From Candidatus Latescibacterota bacterium (GTDB taxonomy: Bacteria; Latescibacterota; UBA2968; GCA-2709665), in contig OZ244937.1 of the NCBI GenBank assembly GCA_965222075.1, positions 384,001 through 448,000 on the forward strand: DNA of 64,000 nt. Reading direction: 5' to 3'. The position numbers and the translations under genes are program-made. Position 1 is the stretch's first letter; each line of letters starts with the position of its first letter. Below are positions 21,039-32,028 of the stretch, in pieces. The notes beneath the pieces are model-generated. The model made no database searches, was not told the origin of the DNA, and worked only from the letters and a program-made list of their open reading frames with translations.

Positions 21039-21300
21039 TAGAAGCGGTTTCATAACTGCCTGAGTGTAATCATCAAGCAAGCAATATATAAGAAGGCACG
21101 AAAGATTTCGACTTTGCGCTCCCATCGGATCAGCAATCGTCTATAGTTCCCAATCCAAGCAACGAGACGTTCTACCTTCCATCGGCGTTTGTATCGTCTC
21201 AGTTTTCTGCCATCTTGGGTCTTGGGCTTTGTTCGATTGGACCGATGCGGACAGATTAATTCAATGCCCCGTCGTGCAAGGCGCCTTCGCAAAGGGTCCG
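21039..21300 (-). mobile_element. IS5-family transposase C-terminal fragment with probable right end
   Basis: QDGRKLRRYKRRWKVERLVAWIGNYRRL (YxxRWxVER motif); stop embedded in TTATGAAACCGCTTCTA. Confidence 0.8.
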
Positions 21301-21326
21301 AGTCGGCGGCACGGTCGTAAATCAGG

Positions 21327-21429
21327 CGGGGCGGATGTGGGGGGACGAGAAAGATGGATAAACAGGATAGACAGGATGAAAACTGAAAGCCCTGAAATCC
21401 TGTTCATCCTGTCCATCCATGTGAATAAA
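21327..21429. repeat. Junction segment plus family B hairpin
   Basis: GGGCGGATGTGGGGGGACGAGAAAG-ATGGATAAACAGGATAGACAGGAT...ATCCTGTTCATCCTGTCCATCCATGTGAATAAA. Confidence 0.88.
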
Positions 21430-21446
21430 TCAGAAGACGGGAACTG

Positions 21447-21671
21447 GTGATGACCAGACAGTTGACAGCAATTATCGAACGCGAAGGCGATGGCTACGTC
21501 GCCCTCTGCCCTGAGTTGGACATCGCGAGTCAGGGAGCAACCGTGGCTGAGGCTCGGGAAAATTTGAAGGAGGCATTGGAGTTGTTTTTCGAGACGGCTT
21601 CAGCCACCGAAATTCAGCAGCGGCTGCACGAGGAAGTGTACGTAACGCAGGTGGAGGTCGCAGTTGGCTAA
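21447..21671 (+). CDS. hicB: HicB-family antitoxin (copy 2)
   Basis: One amino acid different from 14937-15161. Confidence 0.85.
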   Translation: MMTRQLTAIIEREGDGYVALCPELDIASQGATVAEARENLKEALELFFETASATEIQQRLHEEVYVTQVEVAVG

Positions 21672-21882
21672 ACTCCGGGTATTATCGGGCCGGGAAGCCT
21701 GCGGAATACTTGCGAATCACGGATTTACCGAGGTCCGGCGCAGGGGCAGCCATGTAATCATGCAAAAGGTCGAGCCCAGCAGCACCATCACCGTCCCGGT
21801 TCCTGACCACGGGGAACTGCGGACGGGAACGCTGATGTCAATCATTAGGCAATCAGGGTTGCCCAGAACTCTGTTCGAGTAA
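21664..21882 (+). CDS. hicA: HicA-family toxin (copy 2)
   Basis: Three amino acids different from 15154-15372. Confidence 0.87.
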   Translation: MAKLRVLSGREACGILANHGFTEVRRRGSHVIMQKVEPSSTITVPVPDHGELRTGTLMSIIRQSGLPRTLFE

Positions 21883-22081
21883 AGTACATCATTTGCCGTT
21901 GTCCACGCACAATTCGTCATTGATGCGCAGATGGAGGGGAAGATTCGGGCGGCGATTGGGCGGGTGTGGGGCGGTTAACTCTACCAGGATAACATCAGAT
22001 GAATCGGTATATTTCTCAAATCTCAGGACGACAGATTCCGATAACCCTTGAGGCCCTTCTTGTCGAGGTGTCCACAATCTC

Positions 22082-25000
22082 ATGAGACACATTCCCACAT
22101 CCTTGTATATTGACACGGAGGTGTTCAAGCGCCAGAGACTGCGTTTGGACACAAGTGTCTTTAACTCGCTGAAAGACACATTTGTCAAGGGAGGACTTCG
22201 CTTGTTGGTTCCGGCTATGATGGAACGCGAGCTTCTTCGGCACTATCGGAGGCAGGCTGAAGAATGTGCGAACGCGGTTCATAAGGCACAACAGAAGCAC
22301 CCTATGCCATTCTTGGGAATGTGGACGCCACGGCCTAAAAACGAGGTTATAGATGAATGTTTCAATGAGCTTATATCGCAGTGGGAGCAGTTCAAATCAC
22401 ACTTCACTGTTGAGGAGTTGCCACTTGTTGGGGACCTCGGCCGCGTCGTGAATTGGTATTTTTCGGTTGAGCCACCATTTTCTACAGATAAGAAGAAGGA
22501 ATTTCCCGACGCTTTTATTCTGAGCACCCTGGAAGCATATCACAATGACCACAAGGCAAACATCGCCGTGGTGAGTGGGGATGGAGACTTTGGTAAAGCC
22601 TGTAAGATTCGGCGTTACATACAGCATTTTGACAGTCTCGAAAAATATGCTGACGCGTTCAAACCCGAACTCACAAGGGAGCGATATTTAATCGAGGAGC
22701 CTGTCGATCCAACTCAACCGATTGTTACCGAAGATTTGCAGGAACTAAAAGCCATATTAGGTCGAGGAGTTGGTGCTACTCAGGTCGAGATTGATCGAGT
22801 GATAAAGCTATTACAACGTCGTGGCGAGAACTATCGCTATTTCTTTTATAATGCAGATGAGCCGATGTGGCTTCCTCGTCTGAAGGCCAGTGGTTTGTTC
22901 GACAATCCACCAGAAGTTGAACGAACTGAAGATGGAAGTTTCAAGATTCCTGATTGGCCACCGATTTATTATCTCGAGAGAGTTTTTGGATCAGATCGTG
23001 AGGAAGTCCTTACCATATTGGAGGGACTACCTGAAAGCACGAACCCACGTGTGCTTGAGGAAGTTATGACCATAGTTCTGAAGTCGGACGATACGAATGA
23101 CCTGATGCGTCTCTCTGAGAAGATTCTGGCCTTTGTAGACCATTCTCGATGGGGCTATGAGAAAATCATACAACTGGTTAATAGGCTCTCGCTTATGGAC
23201 AGGCGTTTCGGCGGGTTTTCAGAATCAGTTTTACTCAAGGTAGTTGAGTTTCAACTCGACCAGAAAGCCGAAGATAAGCAGGCCCGCCGCAGAGCGAACC
23301 CCGAAGACTGGACAACTTTACTTGACCCACAACCACGCTTTGACGAGTGGGAATATAATCAAATACTGGAAAAAGGTGTCCGACCTTTGTCGGAGCGGGA
23401 GCCTTACCCAACCGCCCGAATATTGATCGATGCCACCTCGACCATGATACGTCTCACATTCCATCAGGGCGAACTTGAAGAGAGCAGCGGTAACGATCCT
23501 ACCATTTTTGAGTGGCGGCGCGTGAACGAACCTGGCAGTGATTACCCAGACTCGAAGGAGATTCTTGTTCATGCGCTCACGTTCGTCTGCGAAAAAGTCT
23601 ATGAGAAGTCACCGGAGTCCGTGGCGGCGCTGGATCAAGCGTTGCGAAACCAGCGTTGGGCCATTTTCACACGTATCCGCCAGCATCTTTACACGCTGCA
23701 TCCAAATGAACAAACCAGGCCCTGGATTCGTGAGATGATCCTTACTTATGAAGACTACGACAAATGGGAGCACCTCTTTGAGTTTCAGCGCATGATTCGC
23801 CTCGCATGTGAAAATTTCGGCGCCAATTTGCTCACCAAGGCCGAAAAGGAGCGGAGATTTGAGGCTATCCTTAGCGGGCCATCGGAACAGCGTTTTCGGG
23901 ACCGGATGGGAGACCGTTTTACCGAAGCATCATTTGAAGAACGAAAACGCTCTTTCCACAGAATGCAACTGCGTCCATTTGCTTCAGTGCTCTTCGGCAA
24001 ATACGGTGAATACTTTGAAGAGCTAAAAGCGGAAGAAGAAAAGCCGATTACGGATAACGACTATGCGCCTTATAAGTTGGAGGATGAGAGGATAGGAGAG
24101 AAGCGCAGTCCGAAGCCGGCTGAAGAACTGGAGAAAATGTCAGATGAGGAACTTCTTTCGTTCTTGAACGAATGGGAAAATGTCCATTATGATCCTGACG
24201 AGTGGTGGGTGGACATCAATTTCGAAGGGCTTGCTTGGGCGTTTCAGGCGATCTTCAAAAAGCTTATCGTACCTGACGAATCACGGTTACAGTTCTGGTG
24301 CGAAAATCGGGAACGATTGGAGCGACCTATCTATGTGAGGGTGATGGTGTCTGCCATTCACGAGCAAGTAAAACTCAAGCAATTCGACAAGCTCGATCAA
24401 TGGTTCGATTTCTGCGAATGGGTTTTGTCCCATCCAGACCGATCGGAAGAGGAAGGTGTCAACCACGGCGATGAATCCAGAGAGCATCCGGACTGGCATA
24501 GGTCACGTCGAGCGGTGGGCGATTTTGTCAAGATGTGTCTGACAGAGGAGGTCAACGTCCCAATCTCAGTGCGCCAGCGTCTCGCCTCTTTGTTGGATAA
24601 GCTTTGCACTCAATATGACAGGGGATTGGATGATGACGAGCCTGTTCTTCTGAACCGCGACGACCAGCTAACCGAATCGATCAACAATACACGAGGCCGG
24701 GCGCTGGATCATCTGGTCGATTTCGGCTATTGGGTGCGCCGCCAACTGGAGGACGATCAAGCGGATACGCCTGAGGTTTTCGCCATCCTCGACAAGCGAC
24801 TCGGTTCGGAATGCGAGCACGCACTGAAACTGCCTGAATATGCCCTTCTTGGGCTGCATTACATCCGTATATTCGTTCTGAATCGGGAGTGGGCAGTTCG
24901 ACATAAGAGTGACGTTCTTCCGCAAGAGAACCTGTGGGCATGGGTGGAGGCCTTTGGGAATTTTCTTAAATATAACCGGCCTTATAGGCCAATCTTTGAT

Positions 25001-25678
25001 ATTTTTCGGGGCGACATGGAGTTTGCGCTTGAAAATATTGATAAGTTCAAGATGGACAGCCATAGAACAACAAATCTTACTGATACGCTCGGAGAACACT
25101 TATTTACCTACTATCTCTGGGAAGTTTATCCGCTTACAGGAGATGACAGCCTGCTGGAACGATTTTACGAAAAGACAGAGGAAGACAGAGGTCGCTGGTC
25201 TCACTTGTTTGATTATGCAGGCCGCACCTTGGAAAACAGCGGCAAGCAACTGGAAGCAGGCCTTAAACAGAGAATCATCGACTTCTTCGACTGGCGCTTT
25301 GGGAAGAAGGAGCCATCCGAACTTAAAAAGTTTACGTATTGGCTGGGAGCAGAGTGCCTGGACGCGGAATGGCGCCTGACTTCGTTCTCGAAGATCCTTG
25401 ATGTATGCGGATCAGAGGACATACAAATATACACTCAGATAGATACCCTGCAGGGGATGGTTGAGGACCATACGGCGCTGGTCGTAGAGTGCTTTGCCAA
25501 GCTGACTGATTCCGTTGTCAAGAATGACAGCACCATTTACATTCGAACTGATAAAGCGAAACCCATCCTCCGAGCCGGACTGAATAGCAATGATGTCACT
25601 GTGCGAGAAAATGCTGAACGGGCTCGCGAGAACCTACTTCGAGGCGGGCGCTTTGATTTATTGGACGAGGAAGATTGA
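22082..25678 (+). CDS. Large protein with N-terminal PIN (DUF4935-like) domain and long helical C-terminus; candidate defence protein
   Basis: LYIDTEVF, KKKEFPDAFIL, VVSGDGDF acidic PIN motifs; 1198 aa; no Walker A seen. Confidence 0.75.
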   Translation: MRHIPTSLYIDTEVFKRQRLRLDTSVFNSLKDTFVKGGLRLLVPAMMERELLRHYRRQAEECANAVHKAQQKHPMPFLGMWTPRPKNEVIDECFNELISQWEQFKSHFTVEELPLVGDLGRVVNWYFSVEPPFSTDKKKEFPDAFILSTLEAYHNDHKANIAVVSGDGDFGKACKIRRYIQHFDSLEKYADAFKPELTRERYLIEEPVDPTQPIVTEDLQELKAILGRGVGATQVEIDRVIKLLQRRGENYRYFFYNADEPMWLPRLKASGLFDNPPEVERTEDGSFKIPDWPPIYYLERVFGSDREEVLTILEGLPESTNPRVLEEVMTIVLKSDDTNDLMRLSEKILAFVDHSRWGYEKIIQLVNRLSLMDRRFGGFSESVLLKVVEFQLDQKAEDKQARRRANPEDWTTLLDPQPRFDEWEYNQILEKGVRPLSEREPYPTARILIDATSTMIRLTFHQGELEESSGNDPTIFEWRRVNEPGSDYPDSKEILVHALTFVCEKVYEKSPESVAALDQALRNQRWAIFTRIRQHLYTLHPNEQTRPWIREMILTYEDYDKWEHLFEFQRMIRLACENFGANLLTKAEKERRFEAILSGPSEQRFRDRMGDRFTEASFEERKRSFHRMQLRPFASVLFGKYGEYFEELKAEEEKPITDNDYAPYKLEDERIGEKRSPKPAEELEKMSDEELLSFLNEWENVHYDPDEWWVDINFEGLAWAFQAIFKKLIVPDESRLQFWCENRERLERPIYVRVMVSAIHEQVKLKQFDKLDQWFDFCEWVLSHPDRSEEEGVNHGDESREHPDWHRSRRAVGDFVKMCLTEEVNVPISVRQRLASLLDKLCTQYDRGLDDDEPVLLNRDDQLTESINNTRGRALDHLVDFGYWVRRQLEDDQADTPEVFAILDKRLGSECEHALKLPEYALLGLHYIRIFVLNREWAVRHKSDVLPQENLWAWVEAFGNFLKYNRPYRPIFDIFRGDMEFALENIDKFKMDSHRTTNLTDTLGEHLFTYYLWEVYPLTGDDSLLERFYEKTEEDRGRWSHLFDYAGRTLENSGKQLEAGLKQRIIDFFDWRFGKKEPSELKKFTYWLGAECLDAEWRLTSFSKILDVCGSEDIQIYTQIDTLQGMVEDHTALVVECFAKLTDSVVKNDSTIYIRTDKAKPILRAGLNSNDVTVRENAERARENLLRGGRFDLLDEED

Positions 25679-25747
25679 CACCATCTGTTCATCAACTACG
25701 AGAACCACACATTGGAGCTTCCCTGAGGACCGGATTGGAGTGTCAAA

Positions 25748-25816
25748 TCCGATATTCTACATCGATGGGCGCTTAATACTCCCGGCAGCGGTTGGTGATG
25801 GGTAAGCGGCGGCCGC
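25748..25816 (-). repeat. 69-bp direct-repeat copy of the nadE 3' end
   Basis: 67/69 identical to 50653-50721; encodes RRLPITNR.REY*. Confidence 0.93.
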
Positions 25817-26430
25817 CTTGCACCCGATCGGGACGCCGGTGGGGGCGGCCGCCCCCACCGGCCACCGGCCTAATGTGATCCACCAACGGCAACAGTTGCG
25901 TCACATTCGCTTGATGCGCGCCCGTCACCGTCGCGGCTAACGGCACCCCTTGGGCATCGGTCATCACGTGGTGTTTGCTACCCGGTTTGCCCCCCCCCAA
26001 CGGCACGCACCGAGGCACTATCGACCACCGCCCGAGACCAATCAATCTGGTCGGCTGCACGTAGGTGGTTCAACAAGATATGATGCACTTTCTTCCACAC
26101 CCCGGCTTGTTGCCAATCGCCCAAGCGACGCCAACAGGTCATCCCACTGCCGCACCCCATTTCTGGGGGCAAATACTCCCACGGGATACCTGTTTTGAGC
26201 ACAAAGACAATGCCGGTTAGCACCCTACGGTTATCTAACCGGTGCCGACCGCCTTTCGGACGCGTGACATGGACGGGTAAAACCGGTTCTATCAAGGCCC
26301 ATAATCCCTCGTCGAGAACGAGCTTCGCCATGAATACACCTCCATATCAAGCCGGTAAACGCTATACCCAAAAGACGACGATGAAGATAAGGCACACTAT
26401 ACCCAACACCAAGGTTTTGTTAGAGCCTCT
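25817..26430 (-). mobile_element. IS5-family element, 3'-truncated, split by a frameshift at a G9 run
   Basis: orfA 25978-26331 (LWALIEPVLP..GGR..LTGIVFVLKTGIPW..LP..GCGSGMTCWRRL); orfB KPGSKHHVMTDAQGVPLA; probable left end TAGAGGCTCTAACAAAACC. Confidence 0.82.
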
Positions 26431-26573
26431 AACAATTCTTCTTGACAAACAAACGAAATTTGTTCATAAAGGTTGACAGACCCCTGTAACATCCGTTACC
26501 GGATTGCCACAATACACCTTGGCAAACGGGCCTCTGTTGTTTTATGATTTTCTGTTAAAGAAAGGAAAACTCC

Positions 26574-28424
26574 ATGGAAAAATTATCAAACAAGATTGAT
26601 GCTAGGGACCGAACGGTTTCCGAAGTCCTTAACGAAAAGAAGTATACGGTAGACTATTTCCAACGTGAGTTTAATTGGGAAGCCAAGCATATTGAACAAT
26701 TGGTCACTGACTTAACCTCGGCATTTCTAAGAGAATACACTCCTGGTGATAGTCGCGAGAAAGGTGAGAAATATAACAGTTATTATCTGGGTCCGTTTGT
26801 CATAAGTGAGCAAGAGAGTACCCGAATCATCATTGATGGGCAACAACGTCTGACCTCCCTAACGTTATTGCTTATGTATCTGAATAATCTTCAAAAGAAA
26901 TATGGCTTTGAAGAAAACATCAAACCACTGTTCCTATCCGATTATCGAGGCCAAGAGTCATTCAATATTCAAGTTGATGAACGAATTGAATGTATGGATC
27001 AGTTGTACAAATGTGGAGAATATCATACAAGAGAAGGTGATGATCCGTCTGCGATCAATATGGCAGAGAGATACATCGATATTGTGCAAGCGTTTCCGGA
27101 AGAAGAAATTAAAGAAGATAACTTGCTGTCGTTTATTGACTGGATCAAATACAACGTCATATTGGTTGAGATCGTAGCATATTCAGATGACAACGCATAT
27201 ACAATATTTGAAACTATGAATGATCGTGGCCTGAATTTGACCCCGACAGAAATGTTAAAAGGATTCGTCTTGTCTCGGTTTCAAGATTCAACTAAAAGAC
27301 AGCGGGCTAATGAGACCTGGAAGAAGGCTGTCCAAGATGTGCAAAGCTACGATAGAGATGAGGATCAACGCTTCTTCCAAGCATGGCTGCGAGGTCAATA
27401 TGCAAAGACCATTCGCCAAGCACGTGAAGGTTCACAGAATGAGGATTTTGAAAGAATAGGTACACGTTTCCATAGTTGGGTACGTGGCAATCTTGCCAAG
27501 ATGGAACTATATGAGGAACGACCGGATAGTTTCGAGGAATTTGTTAATGTACGCCTGAAGTTTTTCTTAAAGGCTTATTTGAAAATACTGGATTCTAATA
27601 GCACGCTCTCGCGGCAGTTAGAGCATGTCCACTATATTCACCAATGGGGTATTGCATCCTCACTCAGCTACCCACTTTTGCTTGCACCCCTAAAGGTGGA
27701 TGATGACGATCAGTTGGTTGACAAGAAGATGAATACTGTTGCGAAATATATCGAAGCCTTTGTAGTGCGTCGTTCTGTGAATTTCCGAAAATTCGCGGCG
27801 AGTTCGATTCGCTATACAATGTATTCGTTGGTAAAAAAGATTCGCAATAAGGACCTTGATGAGTTAAGAAATATCCTGACCAATTCCCTTGCTGATATGG
27901 AAGAAAAATTCGACGGTATGTCTCCTTTTCGGTTGCATGGGCAAAACCGAAAGTTCGTGAAATTTTTGTTGTCTCGAATTACGGCGTTCATAGAACAGAA
28001 CTCTGGGATGAACACTACGTTTGAGACGTACTATCATTCTCCCAACGGAAAACCCTTTCAGATAGAACATATTTGGGCTGATAAATTCGATGAACATCGT
28101 GATGAATTCGAGCAAAAAACAGATTTTGACGAATACAGGAATCGTATTGGCGATCTAGTGCTCCTGCCACAAGGCACGAATCAATCGTTTAAAGCAAGAC
28201 CATATTGTGAGAAATTAAAGCATTACGTCAAGGAAAACCTGCTGGTAAGATCACTATGTCCTCTGTCATACGAGAGCGGTCCGAATTTTCAATCAATGAT
28301 TCAAAATCTGGGCTTGCCTTTTGAGTCGCATGAGCAATTCAAGAAGGGCGATATTGTTAAGCGTCAAACATTGTATCAACGCATTTGTGAAGTTATATGG
28401 GATGATTTCAATAGGGAATATTGA
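26574..28424 (+). CDS. DUF262-DUF1524 (GmrSD-like) modification-dependent restriction endonuclease
   Basis: YFQREFNW, DGQQRLTSL, FETMNDRG, C-terminal IEHI..IGDLVLL..N; visibly AT-rich. Confidence 0.9.
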   Translation: MEKLSNKIDARDRTVSEVLNEKKYTVDYFQREFNWEAKHIEQLVTDLTSAFLREYTPGDSREKGEKYNSYYLGPFVISEQESTRIIIDGQQRLTSLTLLLMYLNNLQKKYGFEENIKPLFLSDYRGQESFNIQVDERIECMDQLYKCGEYHTREGDDPSAINMAERYIDIVQAFPEEEIKEDNLLSFIDWIKYNVILVEIVAYSDDNAYTIFETMNDRGLNLTPTEMLKGFVLSRFQDSTKRQRANETWKKAVQDVQSYDRDEDQRFFQAWLRGQYAKTIRQAREGSQNEDFERIGTRFHSWVRGNLAKMELYEERPDSFEEFVNVRLKFFLKAYLKILDSNSTLSRQLEHVHYIHQWGIASSLSYPLLLAPLKVDDDDQLVDKKMNTVAKYIEAFVVRRSVNFRKFAASSIRYTMYSLVKKIRNKDLDELRNILTNSLADMEEKFDGMSPFRLHGQNRKFVKFLLSRITAFIEQNSGMNTTFETYYHSPNGKPFQIEHIWADKFDEHRDEFEQKTDFDEYRNRIGDLVLLPQGTNQSFKARPYCEKLKHYVKENLLVRSLCPLSYESGPNFQSMIQNLGLPFESHEQFKKGDIVKRQTLYQRICEVIWDDFNREY

Positions 28425-28730
28425 CACTTGCCCTATATGCCCCGACAAGGGCCAACTGTAAGTTGACGGGTGTTTTGGAAGCTTCCACCGTCACGGGTTG
28501 TGTCCTACCGCCCATGGAAATGTGAAGAACATATCTTGATAGACTTAGCAGAACTCTTTTCTAAACAGTGGCTTGAAAAAATAAAATTTCGAGCGATGTT
28601 GAAAATGCCTATGATTACAGTACCTCAGATAGAACAGGTTTGTAATAACAGTGAGACTGGCAAGAAAAAAATCGGCCAGATTTTACTCGCGGCATCTCAA
28701 GCTGTCTCAGTCAGATTACCATCAGAGGTT

Positions 28731-29531
28731 TTACAGCAGTTTCGCAGTTGGATAGAATGAATATCCTAAGACAGCCGCTTGTAACGGCGCACCGGGCTGC
28801 TGATCGGACTCAATTTCCGGATACTCCAGCCACTGGCGTCCATCCAGCGTATTCCCGCCCGCTTTGGGTGTACGCCCGCCCCATTGTTTGAAGAAGAAGG
28901 CCACGCGCTGGTCCTGACACTGGTCGCGCAATTCACGTACCCACTCTGTCTGCACCGGACGGGCTCCCGGCCCGCTTTCCCCTCCGGCAATTACCCAGTG
29001 AATATCCTCCAGATCCACGGTGCCCATGGGACCGAGCAAGGGCTCGAATGAGACGAAGCGGACGGTAGCGTTGGTCTGTTTCAGGTGCCGGAGGCGTGTC
29101 AAGGCTGCGTGGTTTTCGATGGAGACGCCGAGCCAGATGTGCGGGGGAGCAGCCTGGTCCCGGTAGCGGGCCTGGACGAAACGGCGCATCAGCGAGCTGC
29201 GCTTGGTGAGCACCTGGTAGATGTGCCAATCGGCGCGTTCCATGGTGTCGAATACGCGCTCGATGTACCCGGTGGGAATGTCCTTGTGGAAGAGATCGCT
29301 CATCGAGTTGACGAAGATGAGCTGAGGACGCCGCCAGTGCGTGGGCTGTTCGAGGCGGTCGGGGCGAAGGGTCAGATCAAAGCCGGTCTCGAAAGGGTGT
29401 CCCTCGACGCCTCGGAAGCGCTCGGAAAGGCGCTCGGCATAGCAATGGTCGCAACCGGCGCTGACCTTTGTGCAGCCGGTGACCGGGTTCCAGGTGCTGT
29501 TGGTCCACTCAATGGCGCTTTTGTGAGACAT
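28731..29531 (-). CDS. DUF5131 / phage Gp37-Gp68 family radical-SAM-like protein
   Basis: [59 protein letters not shown]; 3' end may be replaced. Confidence 0.9.
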   Translation of the reverse strand: MSHKSAIEWTNSTWNPVTGCTKVSAGCDHCYAERLSERFRGVEGHPFETGFDLTLRPDRLEQPTHWRRPQLIFVNSMSDLFHKDIPTGYIERVFDTMERADWHIYQVLTKRSSLMRRFVQARYRDQAAPPHIWLGVSIENHAALTRLRHLKQTNATVRFVSFEPLLGPMGTVDLEDIHWVIAGGESGPGARPVQTEWVRELRDQCQDQRVAFFFKQWGGRTPKAGGNTLDGRQWLEYPEIESDQQPGAPLQAAVLGYSFYPTAKLL

Positions 29532-29570
29532 GAGAGCCCCCTGCGTAACCAAAAAATACCACTGCACATA

Positions 29571-29599
29571 AGTATAGCATTTCCCCGGCCAAATGTCAA
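29571..29599 (-). promoter_or_regulatory. Sigma-70 promoter of the DUF5131 gene
   Basis: TTGACA-17 bp-TATACT on the minus strand; duplicated at 31316-31344. Confidence 0.75.
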
Positions 29600-29708
29600 G
29601 GCGGCGAGTGGGTGGGGGGAAAGATGGATAAAGAGGATAGATAGAAAGACACCAATCATGGGCTTGATACCCAAGCCTAAAACCGTCCACTAAACCGGGG
29701 TAACTCCA

Positions 29709-30191
29709 ATGCCAATGAAGGAGCTTCTTCTTTTCAAAGTCTTGTTGCCCATAGCGAAAGTTTATTGGAAGATTTTTCGCCCAAAAACGTTCGGCGTTAA
29801 AGGAATAATACCAAATCACAATGACGATCGGCAAGTACTATTGATACGGAACTCATATGGTAATAGGCAGCTATGGAATATTCCAGGGGGGGGCTATAGT
29901 CCAATGCGAGAAATGCCGGATAGCGCTATTGAGCGAGAAATCAGGGAAGAATTATCTATAACACCATTTAAGATTCAAGAGCTAGGAGAATATATCACTG
30001 ATGTAGAGGGGAAACGTGACACCGTTACCATATTTCTCTGCCGTATAACTTCAGCACACTTCAACGTCAATCGTGAAATTGCTGAATTTACATGGGTTTC
30101 GATAAATAATCTCGACCAGATTCGAAATATTGCACGCGTAGCTTCATACGGAATAGAACTCTATAAACAAACTCTTACTAGTCCTAAATAA
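29709..30191 (+). CDS. NUDIX hydrolase
   Basis: Nudix box WNIPGGG....EMPDSAIEREIREEL. Confidence 0.85.
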   Translation: MPMKELLLFKVLLPIAKVYWKIFRPKTFGVKGIIPNHNDDRQVLLIRNSYGNRQLWNIPGGGYSPMREMPDSAIEREIREELSITPFKIQELGEYITDVEGKRDTVTIFLCRITSAHFNVNREIAEFTWVSINNLDQIRNIARVASYGIELYKQTLTSPK

Positions 30192-30353
30192 GCGAGTTTT
30201 GATCATCGGATCAGTATTTGGTCATGCACAACGAGCTTCGAATAGGATATTTCGCTATATTGAGAACAGAGACACGACGCACGACTATCTCGAAATCAGA
30301 GGGATAGATCTCAAGAATGAGAAAACGCCAAATTCAACGGGGTCGCGTCTGAA

Positions 30354-31118
30354 ATGCCAATTTCATATCCGATTCTTGAGTTCGACGAGGAACGGGAAGC
30401 TGTCATCGAGCCGTCGAGAGCGATCAAGCATCGCGACGTCCCGGAATACTGCGTCATCTGCTACTTTCGGGAGACAATCGAACGTGTGAGTGAACAACTG
30501 GCGCTTAGACCATTACGACCGATCGAATCTGAGATGGAAGATATGCGTCTCTACTCTGGAGAATACGATGGACAGACGGTGGCGATTCTTCCCGGCGTGG
30601 TAGGAGCCCCTCTGGCCGTGGGTTGCCTGGAGGAAGTGATCGCTAGGGGTGGACGCAAATTCATCGTTTGCGGAAGCGCGGGTGTTCTCGATCGGTCCAT
30701 CGCAAGCGGCCATATCGTTGTCCCGACGTCTGCTTTAAGGGACGAAGGCACATCGTATCACTACCTGCCGCCAAGCCGGCAGGTCGAGCCGACGCCGGAA
30801 GCCGTCAAAGCGATCATAGCGTCTCTCAAAGAGCACGGATACGGTTACGTCGAAGGCAAGACCTGGACAACGGACGCGTTTTATCGAGAGACCCGAGCAA
30901 AGGTAGCAAAGCGCCGTGATGAAGGATGCATTACGGTTGAAATGGAAGCGGCTGCGTTATTTGCGGTCGCTCGATTTCGCGGTGTTCAATTGGCGCAACT
31001 GCTCTACGGGTCGGACGATGTCGGCGGTGCCGAGTGGGACCCCAGGGATATGGGAAAAGAGATCTCTGTCAGGGAAGCGCTTTTCTGGCTGGCGTTGAAC
31101 GCATGTCTCAGACTGTGA
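30354..31118 (+). CDS. Nucleoside phosphorylase (PNP/UDP family)
   Basis: [31 protein letters not shown]. Confidence 0.9.
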   Translation: MPISYPILEFDEEREAVIEPSRAIKHRDVPEYCVICYFRETIERVSEQLALRPLRPIESEMEDMRLYSGEYDGQTVAILPGVVGAPLAVGCLEEVIARGGRKFIVCGSAGVLDRSIASGHIVVPTSALRDEGTSYHYLPPSRQVEPTPEAVKAIIASLKEHGYGYVEGKTWTTDAFYRETRAKVAKRRDEGCITVEMEAAALFAVARFRGVQLAQLLYGSDDVGGAEWDPRDMGKEISVREALFWLALNACLRL

Positions 31119-31137
31119 TGGTCTGACTTCCGTTATC

Positions 31138-31344
31138 GAAAGGGTGTCCTTCGACGCCGCGGAAGCGCTCGGAAAGGCGCTCGGCATAGCAATGGTCGCA
31201 ACCGGCGCTGACCTTTGTGCAGCCGGTAACGGGGTTCCAGGTGCTGTTGGTCCACTCGATGGCGCTTTTGTGAGACATGAGAGCCCCCTGCGTAACCAAA
31301 ATTATACTGAACATAAGTATAGTATTTTTTCAGCCAAATGTCAA
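31138..31344 (-). pseudogene. 5' fragment of the DUF5131 gene with its promoter (duplicate)
   Basis: [47 protein letters not shown] then truncated; similar to 29390-29599. Confidence 0.87.
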
Positions 31345-31442
31345 GGCGGCGAGTGGGTGAGTGTGGGGGGAAACACTGAAACCCCTGAAATCCTGTTCAT
31401 CCATGTGGATAAATTCGAATGTTATAACGATATAGAGGAATT

Positions 31443-31988
31443 GTGAGACAGTTGCTGCTGATCAGACATTGTCAATCCTCAGGACAAGAACCGGACGCTG
31501 CACTGACAGAGATTGGGCGAAATCAGGCGGAAACACTCGCTGGTTTCTTGTCTGACTACCCGATCGATATGATTGTCTCCAGTTCCTACACCCGGGCACG
31601 GCAAAGCATTGAGCCGTTTGCTGTCAAAACGGGATTGCCTGTCCATCCGGACCACCGTCTGATTGAACGCAGGCTTTCAGAGCACGCGATTGACAACTGG
31701 CGTGAGGTGATCCGCGACTCATTTGAAGATCTGACGTTGCGGGCACCGGGAGGTGAGTCGGCAAGCGAAGTGTTAGACCGTGGCTGGGCAGCAATAACCG
31801 ATCTACTTGACGGTGGATATCGGTTCCCAATTGCGGTGACCCATGGGAACCTGTTGAGTCTGATCTTGAACTCACTGGACCGTAATTTCGGTTACGGTGG
31901 ATGGGCCTCCCTATCGAATCCAGACGTATTCGCGCTAAAAGAAGCCGACGATGGTCGATGGGTATTCGAGAGACTCTGGTCTGTATAG
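31443..31988 (+). CDS. Histidine phosphatase (phosphoglycerate mutase family)
   Basis: [25 protein letters not shown]. Confidence 0.87.
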   Translation: MRQLLLIRHCQSSGQEPDAALTEIGRNQAETLAGFLSDYPIDMIVSSSYTRARQSIEPFAVKTGLPVHPDHRLIERRLSEHAIDNWREVIRDSFEDLTLRAPGGESASEVLDRGWAAITDLLDGGYRFPIAVTHGNLLSLILNSLDRNFGYGGWASLSNPDVFALKEADDGRWVFERLWSV

Positions 31989-32028
31989 GCCTACGTCTGT
32001 CTATCGCGCGTTCTTCGGGGGTTGCTTC

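Noticed and set aside
21039-26430. The two IS5 fragments as halves of one element or a composite transposon around the PIN gene
   Set aside because: Their putative ends (GAAGCGGTTTCATAA versus GAGGCTCTAACAAAA) match poorly; cannot be supported without alignment to an intact IS
28470-28760. 96-aa ORF after GmrSD
   Set aside because: No RBS or motif; likely a remnant or spurious
29532-29834. N-terminal extension of the DUF5131 ORF
   Set aside because: Overlaps its own promoter and the NUDIX gene; the family starts at [10 protein letters not shown]
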